In this document: in pieces, positions 11,210-24,110 of the stretch
Position numbering within the stretch: position 1 is the stretch's first letter
Layout of the letters: every line of letters begins with the position of its first letter
DNA from: Dimorphilus gyrociliatus
Lineage: Eukaryota; Animalia; Annelida
Assembly (NCBI GenBank): GCA_904063045.1
Contig: CAJFCJ010000034.1
Coordinates: 1-64,000 of the forward strand
Reading direction: 5' to 3'
Length of the DNA stretch: 64,000 bases
Made by a program: the position numbers and the translations under genes
Notes under the pieces: generated by a model
Told to the model about the DNA's origin: nothing
The model's database searches: none
What the model saw: the letters and a program-made list of their open reading frames with translations, nothing else

Positions 11210-14200
11210 ATCACTGAAAAGATAGATTATAATGATTATGATAATTTTTTGTTAAATATTTGAAAGCATCATACAACTATACTCTTTAAGATTAATTTGC
11301 TTTTTTAGATTTCTTTCGCTGTTTGTAGAGCAAAAAAGTAAGATTATAAAGTATAAATTAATTTATGAATGAAATATATTTATTAATTAGTTAACAGCAT
11401 TAAAGTCTTTTAATTTTTTTAATATACACTAATTGTAATAAAATATTTCTTAATCTATTTAATAATAAACATACTCACACCGTAAAGTAATATAAAGAAT
11501 ACATAGAATACAGAATATGACCATCATTCGCAAGATGTAGAGATGTACAAGTAGTAACTTGCCGTTGTTGAAATTCCTTGATAAGTGTATATAAAATATA
11601 AACTAATTATATTAAATAAAATGATAAATATTCATATACCTTATGAAAGAAGATTGGAATAATTGATAACATCATATTGAAACAGAAAGTTATTGTAACT
11701 CCTCTTGGTAAAAATCCGTCTGTCATAACTTTTGAAGGATATATAGTGTAATATCTTTGAAAGGGGAGAGCCGCTAAATATAAGCTAGAATTTAATACTC
11801 CTATTCCAAATAGTATTTTACATAATTTGCATAATACACTCATTTTCCATTCATACAAATATTCTGAAAATACTCCCTTGAAAGTATAATCTACTACAAG
11901 TGTAATTAAAAGGTGTATATTGATTAATAAATCAGAGGTTATGAAGCCGAAAAAGTACCCATTGTAATCGTTAACTTTACTAACATTATGAATAATAATT
12001 AATATATTTCCACATATACTAAGAATCATAATTAACCATAGCAATACTCTTACTACTTTCTTATCAATTAGATTATCACAAGTTGAGAAAGAAATGACTT
12101 TTGGTGTACAATATTTCAAAGATTTAATAATTTGTTTGATTGTGCAACAAAAAGTAAAAGTTTCTGAGAAGAGATATTCTACATTTGTAAGTGATTTCAA
12201 CGCTTTCATACTAGATAAATAATCAATTAATTCGGTGTTATTTAAATGAAAAATTTTCAATTTTCCAAATTCAATAAATGATAATTCAGATATTTTCAAA
12301 ACTTATAATAAACGAACAGTCTGATGGTATTGTATTTCGAGAATTTTTGAAACAAGGTATTTCATCATCACCTTGTAAACAATCTACTTTTTCATTGCAA
12401 ATTTCGTCTAATTTTAAGAAAATCCTTTCAAATTGACATTTAAAGTATCCCTTTGGAATGAAATTATCTAAAATGTTCAACTAATCCTTACAGATATACT
12501 TGGAAAGAGAATGTAAAAAATTCTCACTGCAATTCATTTCATCATCGCCATAAAGACAATGTCTAATTCCATCACAATAATTTTTTATATGAATACAATA
12601 ATGGATTTTTCTACATCGATAATAACCAGACTCACATTGATAATTCGAACAATTTGTTAATTCAAAGAAGGGAAAATGAGGTCGAGTTATCAAATATCCC
12701 ATTGAATCATAAGTTATTTTACACTTGGTGGTATTTTCATTATTTGTATATGGATATCGTAAATACGAAATTAACTTATCAGTCGAGCACAAACGGTTAA
12801 ATTTACGAAGTCTATGTTGATAATACCATTTGTGTTATTTTTGTTTCTATGTCAATTTTTAAATACTTACTCTTCAGACTCTCCTAAGCTGTTTTTTATA
12901 ATTTTATCACAGTTCATATGTTCTTCATCCGCCGGTGGAAAGCTTTTACAATCTACTTTCAAATCGCAAACATTTGACTGTCTTAAACATCTTCCAGAGC
13001 AAAAGTGAGTAGTACAACTCTCTAAGATTTTTGCAACCAGAATATCTTCAAAACTCCTATAGAATGAAAAGAGAATACCTTGACAATCTATTTCATCTGA
13101 AAAGTCTATACAATTTCTCTCATTATCGCAGAACCTTTGTGGTTCAATACATCCTTCATCATTGCATTGAAATCTTTGTGCATGGAATAATGAATAAATG
13201 TATATATATACTGTATATACTGTATACTAGAGATGATCAAAAGAAAAGACTTTAAATACGAGAGATCTCTAGCTAAAATATTAGCTAAAATAAGCTTTTA
13301 TTTTATCACCACTTGTATAGATATATAATTTATCAATGATTATTGTACTTGTCAAAATCACATGTTCTTTCTGTGAACAAATGTATACTTAATAATTATG
13401 ATAGGGCAAAAAAAACAATTATATTCATTAATTGTTTAACCGCAAAAAAGCTCATCACTGTTGTCAGGACAATCCTTAGCTCGATTACAAACTAGATTTA
13501 CGTTAATAAGTGTATTTGAGCTATCAGAGCAACGGAAATATAGTTGAACAGAGCAATTCATTTCATCAGTTCCGTCTAAGCAATCTTGAATTTTATCGCA
13601 AATATTCATCGTACTTATATAAATATTATCTTTTACACACTTGAACGCATCTTCAGGGCAGAACACTATACTCTCCTCTGGAAATGGATTTGCGAATGAT
13701 AACTGTTTAGCTGTTTTTTAAATAGAAATATATAAATTTTAATAAAATAACTTTCAAATTGTTTATGAATTAATACGAACCGGAAACGGATTCACAAACT
13801 ACATGACGAAATTGTACTAAATCGCACGAAACAGAATTAAACATTAGCCTTGAAATTGAGGCGCATTTTGAATTAATAATCCATTTGTCTAATGTTTTGA
13901 ATAATTTTAATAAAGCATCTTCGCAAGTGCCTTTACTAAGTGTTTCCTCACTATTGATATAAAAGATATCATAGGTTATATAATACTTTTATTAAATATC
14001 TATAAACAACTGAGAGAAATGCATAAACCAATATCCAGATATTTCAAATGGTAAATTATCTAAATTGACCGGAAATGATCTACCAAATTTATTTTTGGCT
14101 ATTTTTATTTCTGTAGAAAACAGTAGGCTTATAAAAAGTCTTATCATCAATATTTATAAATTCAAAAGATGATGCTGAAATCGACTTTATCTATGAATAT

Positions 14201-15853
14201 TCAGTTTGTTTTATATATGTATGATTTCAACTTTACTTTTTAAAAAGTCTTTAAACGATGGCAAACTTTTTACTTCAAGCAGTTCATGTAAATAAGCCAT
14301 ATATACAACACCAAATAACTTTGATAGTGAACCAATATTCACTAATGTCATATTATATTTTTTACAAAAATTACTAGCTTCCCGATAAGAAGATAAATGA
14401 GGTTTGTATTGAAATTTATAGCAGCTTTCCTCCAAATAATATATATCTGACCCATCACAGGCTATCAATAGTGTAAAGTAAATGTATTCTTTTGACCTAG
14501 AATATACTACTTACGATGAAAGTATTGAATCTTTGTACATCTTATTAATAAATGTACATTCTTTATTCTGTTTGTTATCAATTTTAAATTGCATTGTTCA
14601 AAAGTTGTTTGATTACTTGAACAATTTAATTCATATAAAACATCAAATAAAAATGTATTTGTTCTAAATTCAAAAGTTCCAACTCCCAGGTTAAAAAATG
14701 AGCAAGTAATCTAAAAAGAATTGATTAATTAACTAATTAAAATGTGATTTTTTAAGATTATAAAAGATAGGTAACTACATCAGCGTATAGTTTTTCAAAA
14801 TGTGGTACTAATATACTATACCACATTCCTTTGTAGAAAGCTTGTAAATAGCCTGATATTTCATTAATTTGATTTGTGTTACTACTCTTGTAAATTATTA
14901 AATTTTCAGAATTAAAAAGTCTAAATGATTCTTTAAAGAAAATAGTTCCATTTTTTTAATTGAATATTTATTCTCTTTCAAACCTTTTAAGATTTTCTGC
15001 TCTTCTTGGCAATATATTTTACATAGAGTTTTTCTAATTATCAAAAACGTCGGCGAACAATCCTCAAGTTGATTATCATTAAGCGCAAAGCTTTCTTAAA
15101 TATTTATACGAAGAACAAAAGGAATATGATTGGTTGTTATATCGACAATAAATGTATTCTTTAAAGAAAGAGCTCGTAGAAAATGCTAAGGTGTACAAAA
15201 CTATTGAAAAAAGTTAAATATTTAAAGATTATTAGTTGTAAATGTAAATATTAATTGATTTGGCTATTAACATGGTTGGTTGATTTTCATACATTTAATA
15301 TGAATAGGTCTTATAAGCATTGGTAATCTACAGTACATCATTTCTCTGTTAGATAATAACTAATAAATTATTTAATGATACAAATAGTAAGATGACGTAC
15401 GTACACTTCACAATCTAATACGAAACGAGACCACGCTCCACCCGAACAATATAATTCCGCTCTTGTATTACCTATAGATTATGAAATAGTTATTGTTATA
15501 TAATTTCCAATACTCTTATTCTTTTATAACAAACTTTTGTAATTATATGCAGCATACAGATGGTGATACAAACTGTCATATCCGAAACGAGTGCAAATTT
15601 GTTTACCAGCATTAAACAGTTTAGAAATTGCTGTATATTGTTTTGTTCCAAAATCAAGTATATAATATTTTTCATTTCTAAGCACTGAAATTGTACCAGT
15701 TATTGATATTTCATCTTCGTGAATAATGTCTTCAATCTTTATCTTCAAATCATTCAGTTTTATCTGCAAAATATCTCTTTCGCATGTTTCGGTCAAATTT
15801 GCAGTAGTTTTACTATTTATTAAATGTAATATAATGAATAAAACCTCTATCAT
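11210..15853 (-). pseudogene. GRL101-like receptor G1 (C-type-lectin-like, LDLa repeats, short LRR, 7TM), disrupted and 3'-truncated at the solo LTR
   Basis: Hydrophobic N-terminus at 15853; CTL-like exon 14211-14468; LDLa exons (CDKIQDCLDGTDE, CDGIRHCLYGDDE); hinge CC..C..SC..L and TM1-4 in 11607-12299; frameshift near 12290; TM6-7 not found before the LTR. Exon boundaries approximate. Confidence 0.7.
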
Positions 15854-16606
15854 ACCCTTTGACTTGAAAAAGAACCATTACTAGTTTTTTATACTGTAAT
15901 TACGATATTAGAATAAAGTACAAGAAAGATTAATACTCTCTCTATTACATATTCAATTAATGATAATGGATTTATTTCTTAGTATGAAAATAAAAAGCGT
16001 CTCTTTTTTCGAATCGTATCTTTTGTATTCGAAATTAATTAATGATTGAATAATAACAAAATAACATAAATTTAATTAATTGGCTAATTTTTTTAATGTC
16101 ATCATCAAAATTTGGTCTCTTTATATTTGGTTTCAGATTGTTTAGATGAACGTAAAGCCGTTTCCGATTATCGTCTATCTATTAATTACATTTTAAAGAA
16201 AGAACAATTAAGTATTGAGAATTTCTTGAAAATAGTAAATTTAATACTTTAAAAGTAAACAAATTGGAAACAAGTCCATCGTATAGAATTAAATTATATT
16301 GATGAGCTTCCTTTAACGCAGTTGTAACGTTATGGATGTAATATTTAATTTGTGAAAGGCTTAAATCCTTTAAATGATCTCTGCTTAATTGTTCACTTTT
16401 TGAATGGCATAAAATATTAAATTTCTTTAGATTATGTATAAAATATAAAACTGAAAAAAGTATTTGTTATCTTTATTGAATATCATTAAAGAAAATCGTA
16501 CTTTGCTTTTCTCTTTCTTCTTCCGCTTTCCTTAGTATTTTTTCTCTGAAAAATAACATAAACAATTATGTTAAATGTAACTTAAAATGCAGTATATTGA
16601 TTTTAA

Positions 16607-19600
16607 TTAAAACATTTCAAGGATTTTCTCTTCCTTAAGAGAGATAAGATAGGATAAAATATTGGATGTATAATACACGTATGGATTGACCAATGTATTC
16701 AAAGGTAGAACAACCATAGCTATCCACGAGTATATGTTATTATTGATTTTATTAAAGCCAGTTATGCTTAATACACCAAGGAAAGATACTGGAAACCAAC
16801 AGCAGATGTTGCTAGCTACAATAATAAAAACATTTTGGGCCAGTTTATTTGTTCTTTTTCCAGAAATGGCTTTCTTAACGAGATTCATAGACTTTCTCGT
16901 TTTAATAAAGATAATAGCGTATAAGATTGTTATTGCAACACACACCGTAAACGTTAAGAGACCGAATATTAAAAAAGAATATTTCCATCCAGATACCTTT
17001 TCATTGGTTAAGTGTAAAGAGAAACATACTGGAGATCTTGAATAGAAATCCTGTTAAAGGTATCTCTATAGATTTCTTATATATTGTCTTTAGTCTTTCA
17101 CTTGCCTTGAATAAGGTAAAACTCCTAACATTGTTATTAAAATGGCAACGAAAAGCATTTTTAATGGGACTTTTTCATAGGTAACATTAAGATGCTGTAA
17201 AGGTTGAGAAATGGCTAAATATCTATCAATAGTTATGCATAATAAACAAAAGTTAGAATAGAGAAGGCTTATTGAAGCAAAAATTCCGCAAAATTGGCAC
17301 AGAGCACTATATCTCCATGTTTTATCATAATCAATATAGATTCCTTTATAATATTGATCAACTATAGCTATTATTATCAGGTATATATCTAGTGATATAT
17401 CGGAGATACTTAAACCAAGGTATACACAATCTAATGGTTTCTTAAAGTTTTTAATTTTTAAGCTAATTGCAAGAGCATTCCCTAAAATTCCTATAGAGAT
17501 TATGAACCATGTTACCGATCGTAGAAATATATTCCCCAATAGATCAGTACAAGTTTTAAAGAGTGAAGTTGTTGGTAAACAACTCTTCAATTGTCTTGAC
17601 CATCTAGCAGCCAAACAACACATTTGAAAATCATTTGAATGAAAATATTGTAAAGATCGTAAATGACTTATTAATGTAACTGAAATTGTTTTTGGTAAAT
17701 TGGAATTATTTAATAAAAGTTGATTTAAATTATAAAAATATAGAAATGCATGATCATCAATTTCTTTTATTTGGCAATTGATTATTTATAATATCTTTAA
17801 ATTTTCTAAACCTTTGAAAGATTTATCATAAAATATTCTAGAACCCGTATAAGATAAATTCAGAAAGATAAGACTATTTAACTTTGAAATTATTGCTTTA
17901 TTCCAGCTTTTCAAAGGATTTTCACTTAAATTCAAATGTTGTAACTTCTTCCAAGAGAATTGTATTAAATTAGAAATGTCCTCTATTTGATTATTTTGGT
18001 AATCAGCTATAATTAAATTATTTATACCAAAATCTGGGATTGTTTTAATTGGACTTTTATTAATTTGTAGAACAACTAAAGGAGTTTTATTTAAAATGGT
18101 TAAATTATGAATATTCATCATTCCGGATATGTGTAAATTCTTTAGAAATACTTCCAAAACAATATTCTTCTCTTTTAAATATTTAAAATTACAATTCATC
18201 TTGAAAAGAATGGGACATTGACAATAATCAGGACAATAATTGATTGGATAATTTTGACAAAATAACTCGTCATTCCCGTATAAACAATCAATTTTCTCAT
18301 CGCAAACTTGACTAAGATCGTGAAAAATATTTTGAAATCGACATTTAAAATATCCAATAGGCTTAAACGTTTCTATACGAGTTGTAAATGTCTTTGATAT
18401 ATTATAAATATATGAATAATTCTACCGCAATTTAATTCATCTTCTCCAGAGACGCAATGATTTATTCCATCGCAAACGTGTTGAACTGGTATACAGTATT
18501 TTCTCTTGGTACACTGAAATTCACTTTTTAAACATGTTTGACTATTACAATTCATTAAATAATAAAATGGAAAGTGAGTTTTTGTTTGAAGATTTCCAAA
18601 AGTATCATATTTTACTTTGCACAATGTGTCATTAGCTGCCAAATGTCTACTTACACGTAAAGCGTAAGAGACAAATATACTTTCTTTGCAGTTAGGTAGA
18701 TCTCTGTTCAATTATTATTTTTTTTTATATCAGTATATGAACATTGTAAATGTAAATAATAAAGTTTTACTTGCGGTATAAACTATTTAAAAATTTCTTA
18801 AAATTGGCAGCACACATTGAGCTATCTTCGTCAATAGGTGAATAACTTGGACAATGAATTTTAAAGTCGCAAATCTCTTGCTTTCGTAAGCATCTATTAT
18901 TGCAGTAGAATGTATTATATGTCGAAATTACATCTAGATATTTAGGTAATTAGTTTTTTGAATGTAAATTTTATAACCTTCACATTCTTCGTCAGAAGAA
19001 TCTAAACAATTCTTTTCACCATCGCAAACAGTTGAATTATTTATACATTGTCCACTTTTACACCGATATCTACATAGGTAATTTATGCAAATGAACTAGA
19101 TGGAAAGGTAGAAGAAAATTTGAAATATATTACGAATGGCTATCGCAATTACTTTCTATTGAAAATGTAAATAATCTATTAAAAACTTTTAAGAAGAAAT
19201 TTAAAATATACAAACGACAATTGATTTCATCACTTCCATCAAGGCAATCGTTTATATAATCACAAATCAAATGTGTACTGATCGACTCTCCTGAAGAACA
19301 TGTAAACAACGTGATAAAACAATTTTCTTCATCAATTCCGCTAGGACAATCTATAATATTGTCGCAAATGTTTAATAAACTGATACAAAATTTATCAGGT
19401 TTGCAAATAAACGTATTAGGTGGACATTTTTCAAAATTTTCAATATTTAAACTATGATAAACGAAACTTGAATAGTCAGACGAAACTGTTTGAACATTAA
19501 TAATTCAAAATCGTTAGAATTAGATTAAGAACATTAATTACATGAAACTGATTCACAAATTATTTGCGAATAGATATTAAAATCGCAAGGCACAGATTTA

Positions 19601-21453
19601 AAAAGACTTTTCGACAATGAAACACATTTGGTTTCACTTGGCCAAGGTTTTAAATTTTTGAAATATCCCTATTGTATAGCAATTATTATCCAACAATCTA
19701 TGACTTTCAATAGTGAAAGATATTAGATAAGATATTTTTATATAAATATCAAAATCTCTAATTTTTTACGTTGTATATTCGGCAGACCATAAACCAGTTA
19801 TATCAAATGGAACATTATCATTTGATACTAAAGTATCTTGGTTTAGTGAATTTTTCATTATCTTAATACCTGTAGATAAATTTCCTAGCGTTGATAATAT
19901 ATTACTATAATTTTAATATAGAACCAACTAATTGGTATTTCATTAATGAAAATATCTTTTTAAAAGAATTTCTCATAGATAATTGAAATTTTTACGTATT
20001 TGAGGTAAAGACATACTTTTAACTAATTTTTCAAATGTGGTAAATTTAAGCATATAATGTTCTTCTGCATAAAATTGCATAAAAAGAGACGCTTTAGCTT
20101 TCAAATACGAAGATATATTTATTAATGTTAGATTTTTGCCTTGCAAAAATCAACAGCTTGCTGATAAGTTCTTTTCTTATTCAATCGGTAAACGAAAAAG
20201 CACTGTGGACCATATGGAAAAGCATCCGGATGGGAACAGTCTAACAATGTAAAAAAAATGACAATATTATAATCTAAGAGGAAGTTAAATAAAACCTATC
20301 GTCTTTTTCCTTTTAGCACAACTAACAGTAAAAGGATTCTCATCCCGACTGAACATCTGTTTTCGATAGCAATGCTCAAGAGATGTTGCATTTTCTTTAC
20401 ACTTTAAACCATATCGTAAATTGGAATAGCCATCGATACTCTATTTAGAATAATAAAACATATTTTCATCCATTAAAATTGAATTATTTAACGCTTTTTA
20501 CATTAATTATAATCAATTAATAACCGTATTAAATAAGATCTAATTATGATATTTAATGCAGACTTTGTTCTTGATATGGGCAATTGACGGTATAACAGGA
20601 CTTGTTAAAAGAAGATAATCTATTATTTTCATTATATATCCATGTATAATTTCTATCTAATGGAAAATCCTCTTCGAAAGTATCCGCCGAAAAATATTGA
20701 ATATGAAAAACTTGATTGCAAACTTCATCTATTTCTGTTGATTTTGAGCAAATTCTATAAGATTTCTTTTTAAAACGAGCATGAACTAGTTTTTCAGTAT
20801 TTCCATCAGTTTCGAATACAGTTTGAAAGAACCCTTAAAACGATTTATGGTATTTATTATCTTCGTAATAAATTATTCATAATAACTATATTACAAGGAA
20901 TGTTTGTTTTAAAACATTTCACGCAGACCAAATTGTTTTGATAAAAGGATTTAGAACAATTCAATATCTTTCTAATTATTATGAATAGAATAATAAATTG
21001 TATAAATTATAAATAATCTAACATTCTTTGTGTCCAACTATCTCCTTGTGACCAAACTTGATAGCGGTAAATTTTAAGATATCTATTTGTAGAAATACAT
21101 AGAATATTGTTTTGCAAGAAAATATAATGAAATATACTTGATATAGATGGACAAGTAAACGCTTGATTATAGATACCATCGTATCCGGCAGAGAGACATG
21201 TTTTTCTGGTCAAGTGATAAAGATTACTTAACTGACCCGTAAACCGACTACTATAATATAATGGAAAAAAATCTATATGTTGAGTTATTCTAATAGAAAT
21301 AGTCCCAATTATCCAATGAGTATCTTCTTTAAGTACACTATCAATTTTAGTATGAATATTTTCAATATAAACTGTTGATGACGTTTCATTACAACATTTT
21401 ACGTTTCCGTAAAACATCCAATAGTTAATAACTAAAATTATTAAATTAATCAT
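16607..21453 (-). pseudogene. GRL101-like receptor G2 (CTL-like, multiple LDLa, LRR, 7TM), probably pseudogenised
   Basis: Paralogous N-terminal exon 21007-21453; CTL motif CFFVY..TYQQAVDFC near 20150-20230; LDLa repeats 18.2-19.5 kb; LRRs 17620-18199; DRY in TM3; LPLNTLVNPYVY in TM7. In-frame TAA at 17786-17788 inside the LRR exon and a 1-nt homopolymer frameshift at 20133-20137. Confidence 0.78.
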
Positions 21454-21862
21454 TGTGCAATCTTTCAGTCATTGATTAAGCTTAAACTAAATTACAAAGA
21501 GTAAAATTAGTAATTATTCAAGAAGAGAAAAAACCATATAGTATATAATTACCTTGATTAAATTACCACGAAACGGTAATAAGTACTATTTGATGATTCT
21601 ATGAAAAATATACTTGAAATCAACTACGATTTCTGAAATAGTGTACATTACTTTGTCTAGTTGGAAGACGAGGATAAGAAATAGGTGTTTCAATTACTTA
21701 AGTAAAGAGAGTGTTCACTTCAAATTTCACTTGTAAGACGTTACTGATAAAAACAAATTTATAAAGTATTGAAGCTTAAAGGAAAAGCTTAACAAATATT
21801 CTATCAAAAACTTTTAACATATAGAGAAACATGAAAAAATTGAATATGTATCATGATAAATG

Positions 21863-23213
21863 TCATATTTTTTCCGTTATAATCGTTACTTCATTACCAG
21901 AATCGATTAGAAAATTAACCTTTAACTTCTTCCCCTGATGTTCAACTTCCGCATTAATCATTCCAATACGTCCACTGCTCTTACTAAGATTATATATTTT
22001 CGGTGAATTACTCTCCCGAACAACAAACTGGTGCAGTAAATCATTATGTTTTTCATTACAAAGAGTACACTTACGTTCTCTGCAATCAACTACAATATGA
22101 CCGGCTTTTAAACAATTCAAACACATTTTTTTCATTCTTACAGCAACCCGTCCAGCGTTCCAATTTTTGTTTCTAATATCTGGACAATTTACAATGTGAT
22201 GATATCCGTAGCAAAAGGAACATTGTTCAATGAATTGTTCCGTAACATCCTGATTATTTTTATCAGTTGCATCGTATAGTTCACTTTTTATGTCAAAACT
22301 TTCTTGAGACATTCTTTCGGCTACTTCGAATTCTCTCTTCAAAAACTTTAACAATAATTCTATGCTTGTCCAGCTCTTAAATCGTTTATGTTCATATTGA
22401 TACCTTGACCAGGACGCCTTCATCGAAACTTTCATCTTTTTTCTAGTAATACAATCAACGTACGGCTTTGCCGCCTCCAACGATATACCTTCACTATTAT
22501 TAGATATTATTATCTGACTTATAATCGCCATCATCCTAAACAACCCATCAGCATCGGTTGCATCCATTTTATCAATTTTATCGATCTGATCATAGTAATT
22601 GATACTACACTCTTTATTTTCGGTCTTATTCTCTTTACCGCTATAATCCTCCTGATCTAAATTCCAATTATCAGACTCTACAGGTTTATCAGTGTTTTCA
22701 TTAACCGCTTGATTTTCGGTTTCGACTTTGTTTTCCCCTTCGCCAAGGAAAGAATATTCACTTTTACTACAATTTAATTTCATTATTTTTGCCATCTTTG
22801 TTTCCAAGTCTTTCATTTTCACTTCGATCTTCTCTGTAAAGCCTTCGCCTATCATACCTCTTATGTCTTTCATTTCAGATTTCATTACAGCAGCAATTTC
22901 ACTCTGCATTTTCTGCATACGATGCTGAATTTGAGTATTGATAATTGAACGTAGATTATCAAGTTCATAATTGATTATTTTTGGGTCACTTTGATAATTA
23001 GACGCTTTCGTAGTCGCAAATACATCGGAAAGGTTTTCATCGTTCGCAATACCAACGCTAGAAGTTGCTCCTTCTCCTGTACAAATACAAATCTTATTTG
23101 TATGTTTACTATACCAGCTATATGTTTCGGCTCCCTAACTCTTTATAAAGATCAGAAATACCTTGAAAATTTTGCTCTGTTGTATCTTCGTCAGATGCTC
23201 TCAAATTGCTCAT
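21863..23213 (-). mobile_element. Remnant gag-protease of a second BEL/Pao-type element
   Basis: Three knuckles (CSFCYGYHHIVNC, CLNCLKAGHIVVDC, CTLCNEKHNDLLH) then FLIDSGNEVT. Upstream ATG at 23213 needs a frameshift near 23135. No RT, integrase or LTR found. Confidence 0.75.
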
Positions 23214-24110
23214 GTTTTGTAGGAAGTAAGCTAAGTATTGATAGAATTACAAATAGTTTTAACAATTTCAAGAATTCCTAACCAAACACAAGTATAAAAT
23301 GCAGATAGTTGAAACTAATTGACCGTTACAGTCTAATGAAGCCAAGGAATAATGTGCGAAAGGATATCCAAGTCAATTACATTTCTATACACTTTAAGGT
23401 TAAACCCATTTTTTAATACAGAATATCATAGGTTATTCTAAAAGAGTTTGAGTATAAATAAGCGGGGGTTTATGAGTAGGTAAGCTCTTGGGTTGTAGCG
23501 TGAAAGTTAGTGTCACGTGGAAAGAAACTTGTCTACAAAAATAAAATTCACATAATGATTAAAGAAACAAATTTGATATTTTCCCAAAAACTATATAATA
23601 ATTTAATAAAAACCTTACATATTAAATTACAATTTAACACTTTTCCCTATAAAAATTCATCATAAATATTAACTATCAAACAAAACAAAGCTAGCCAATA
23701 TTCACTGCTGAATAGTCTGATTTCTATGTTTACATATACCTAATTATCGTTAGCCTTAACAAAGAAAACAATATATATAGAATCAAATTATCCTATTTAA
23801 CTTGAATGCTATGAAATAAATAATTTGAACGGTTGCAAAACACATCCAAAAACAACAAAAAAAACAATACCGCACAAAATTTAAAAATGATATAAAAAGG
23901 AAAATCTCACCACCCTTTTAATAACACGAAAGTTTTTTAATACTAAAAATCTACCATACATTTGAATTCTAATGATTTTCTAATGATATAAACTTAAGAA
24001 AATTGCACTTTCATGTTTAGTCAGCTACTCATTTAAAAAATGTACTAATTACAACGCTATAAAAACCCTTCAGATTGCTCTCAAAACAACCGGCGACAGT
24101 TCCTCCAGTC

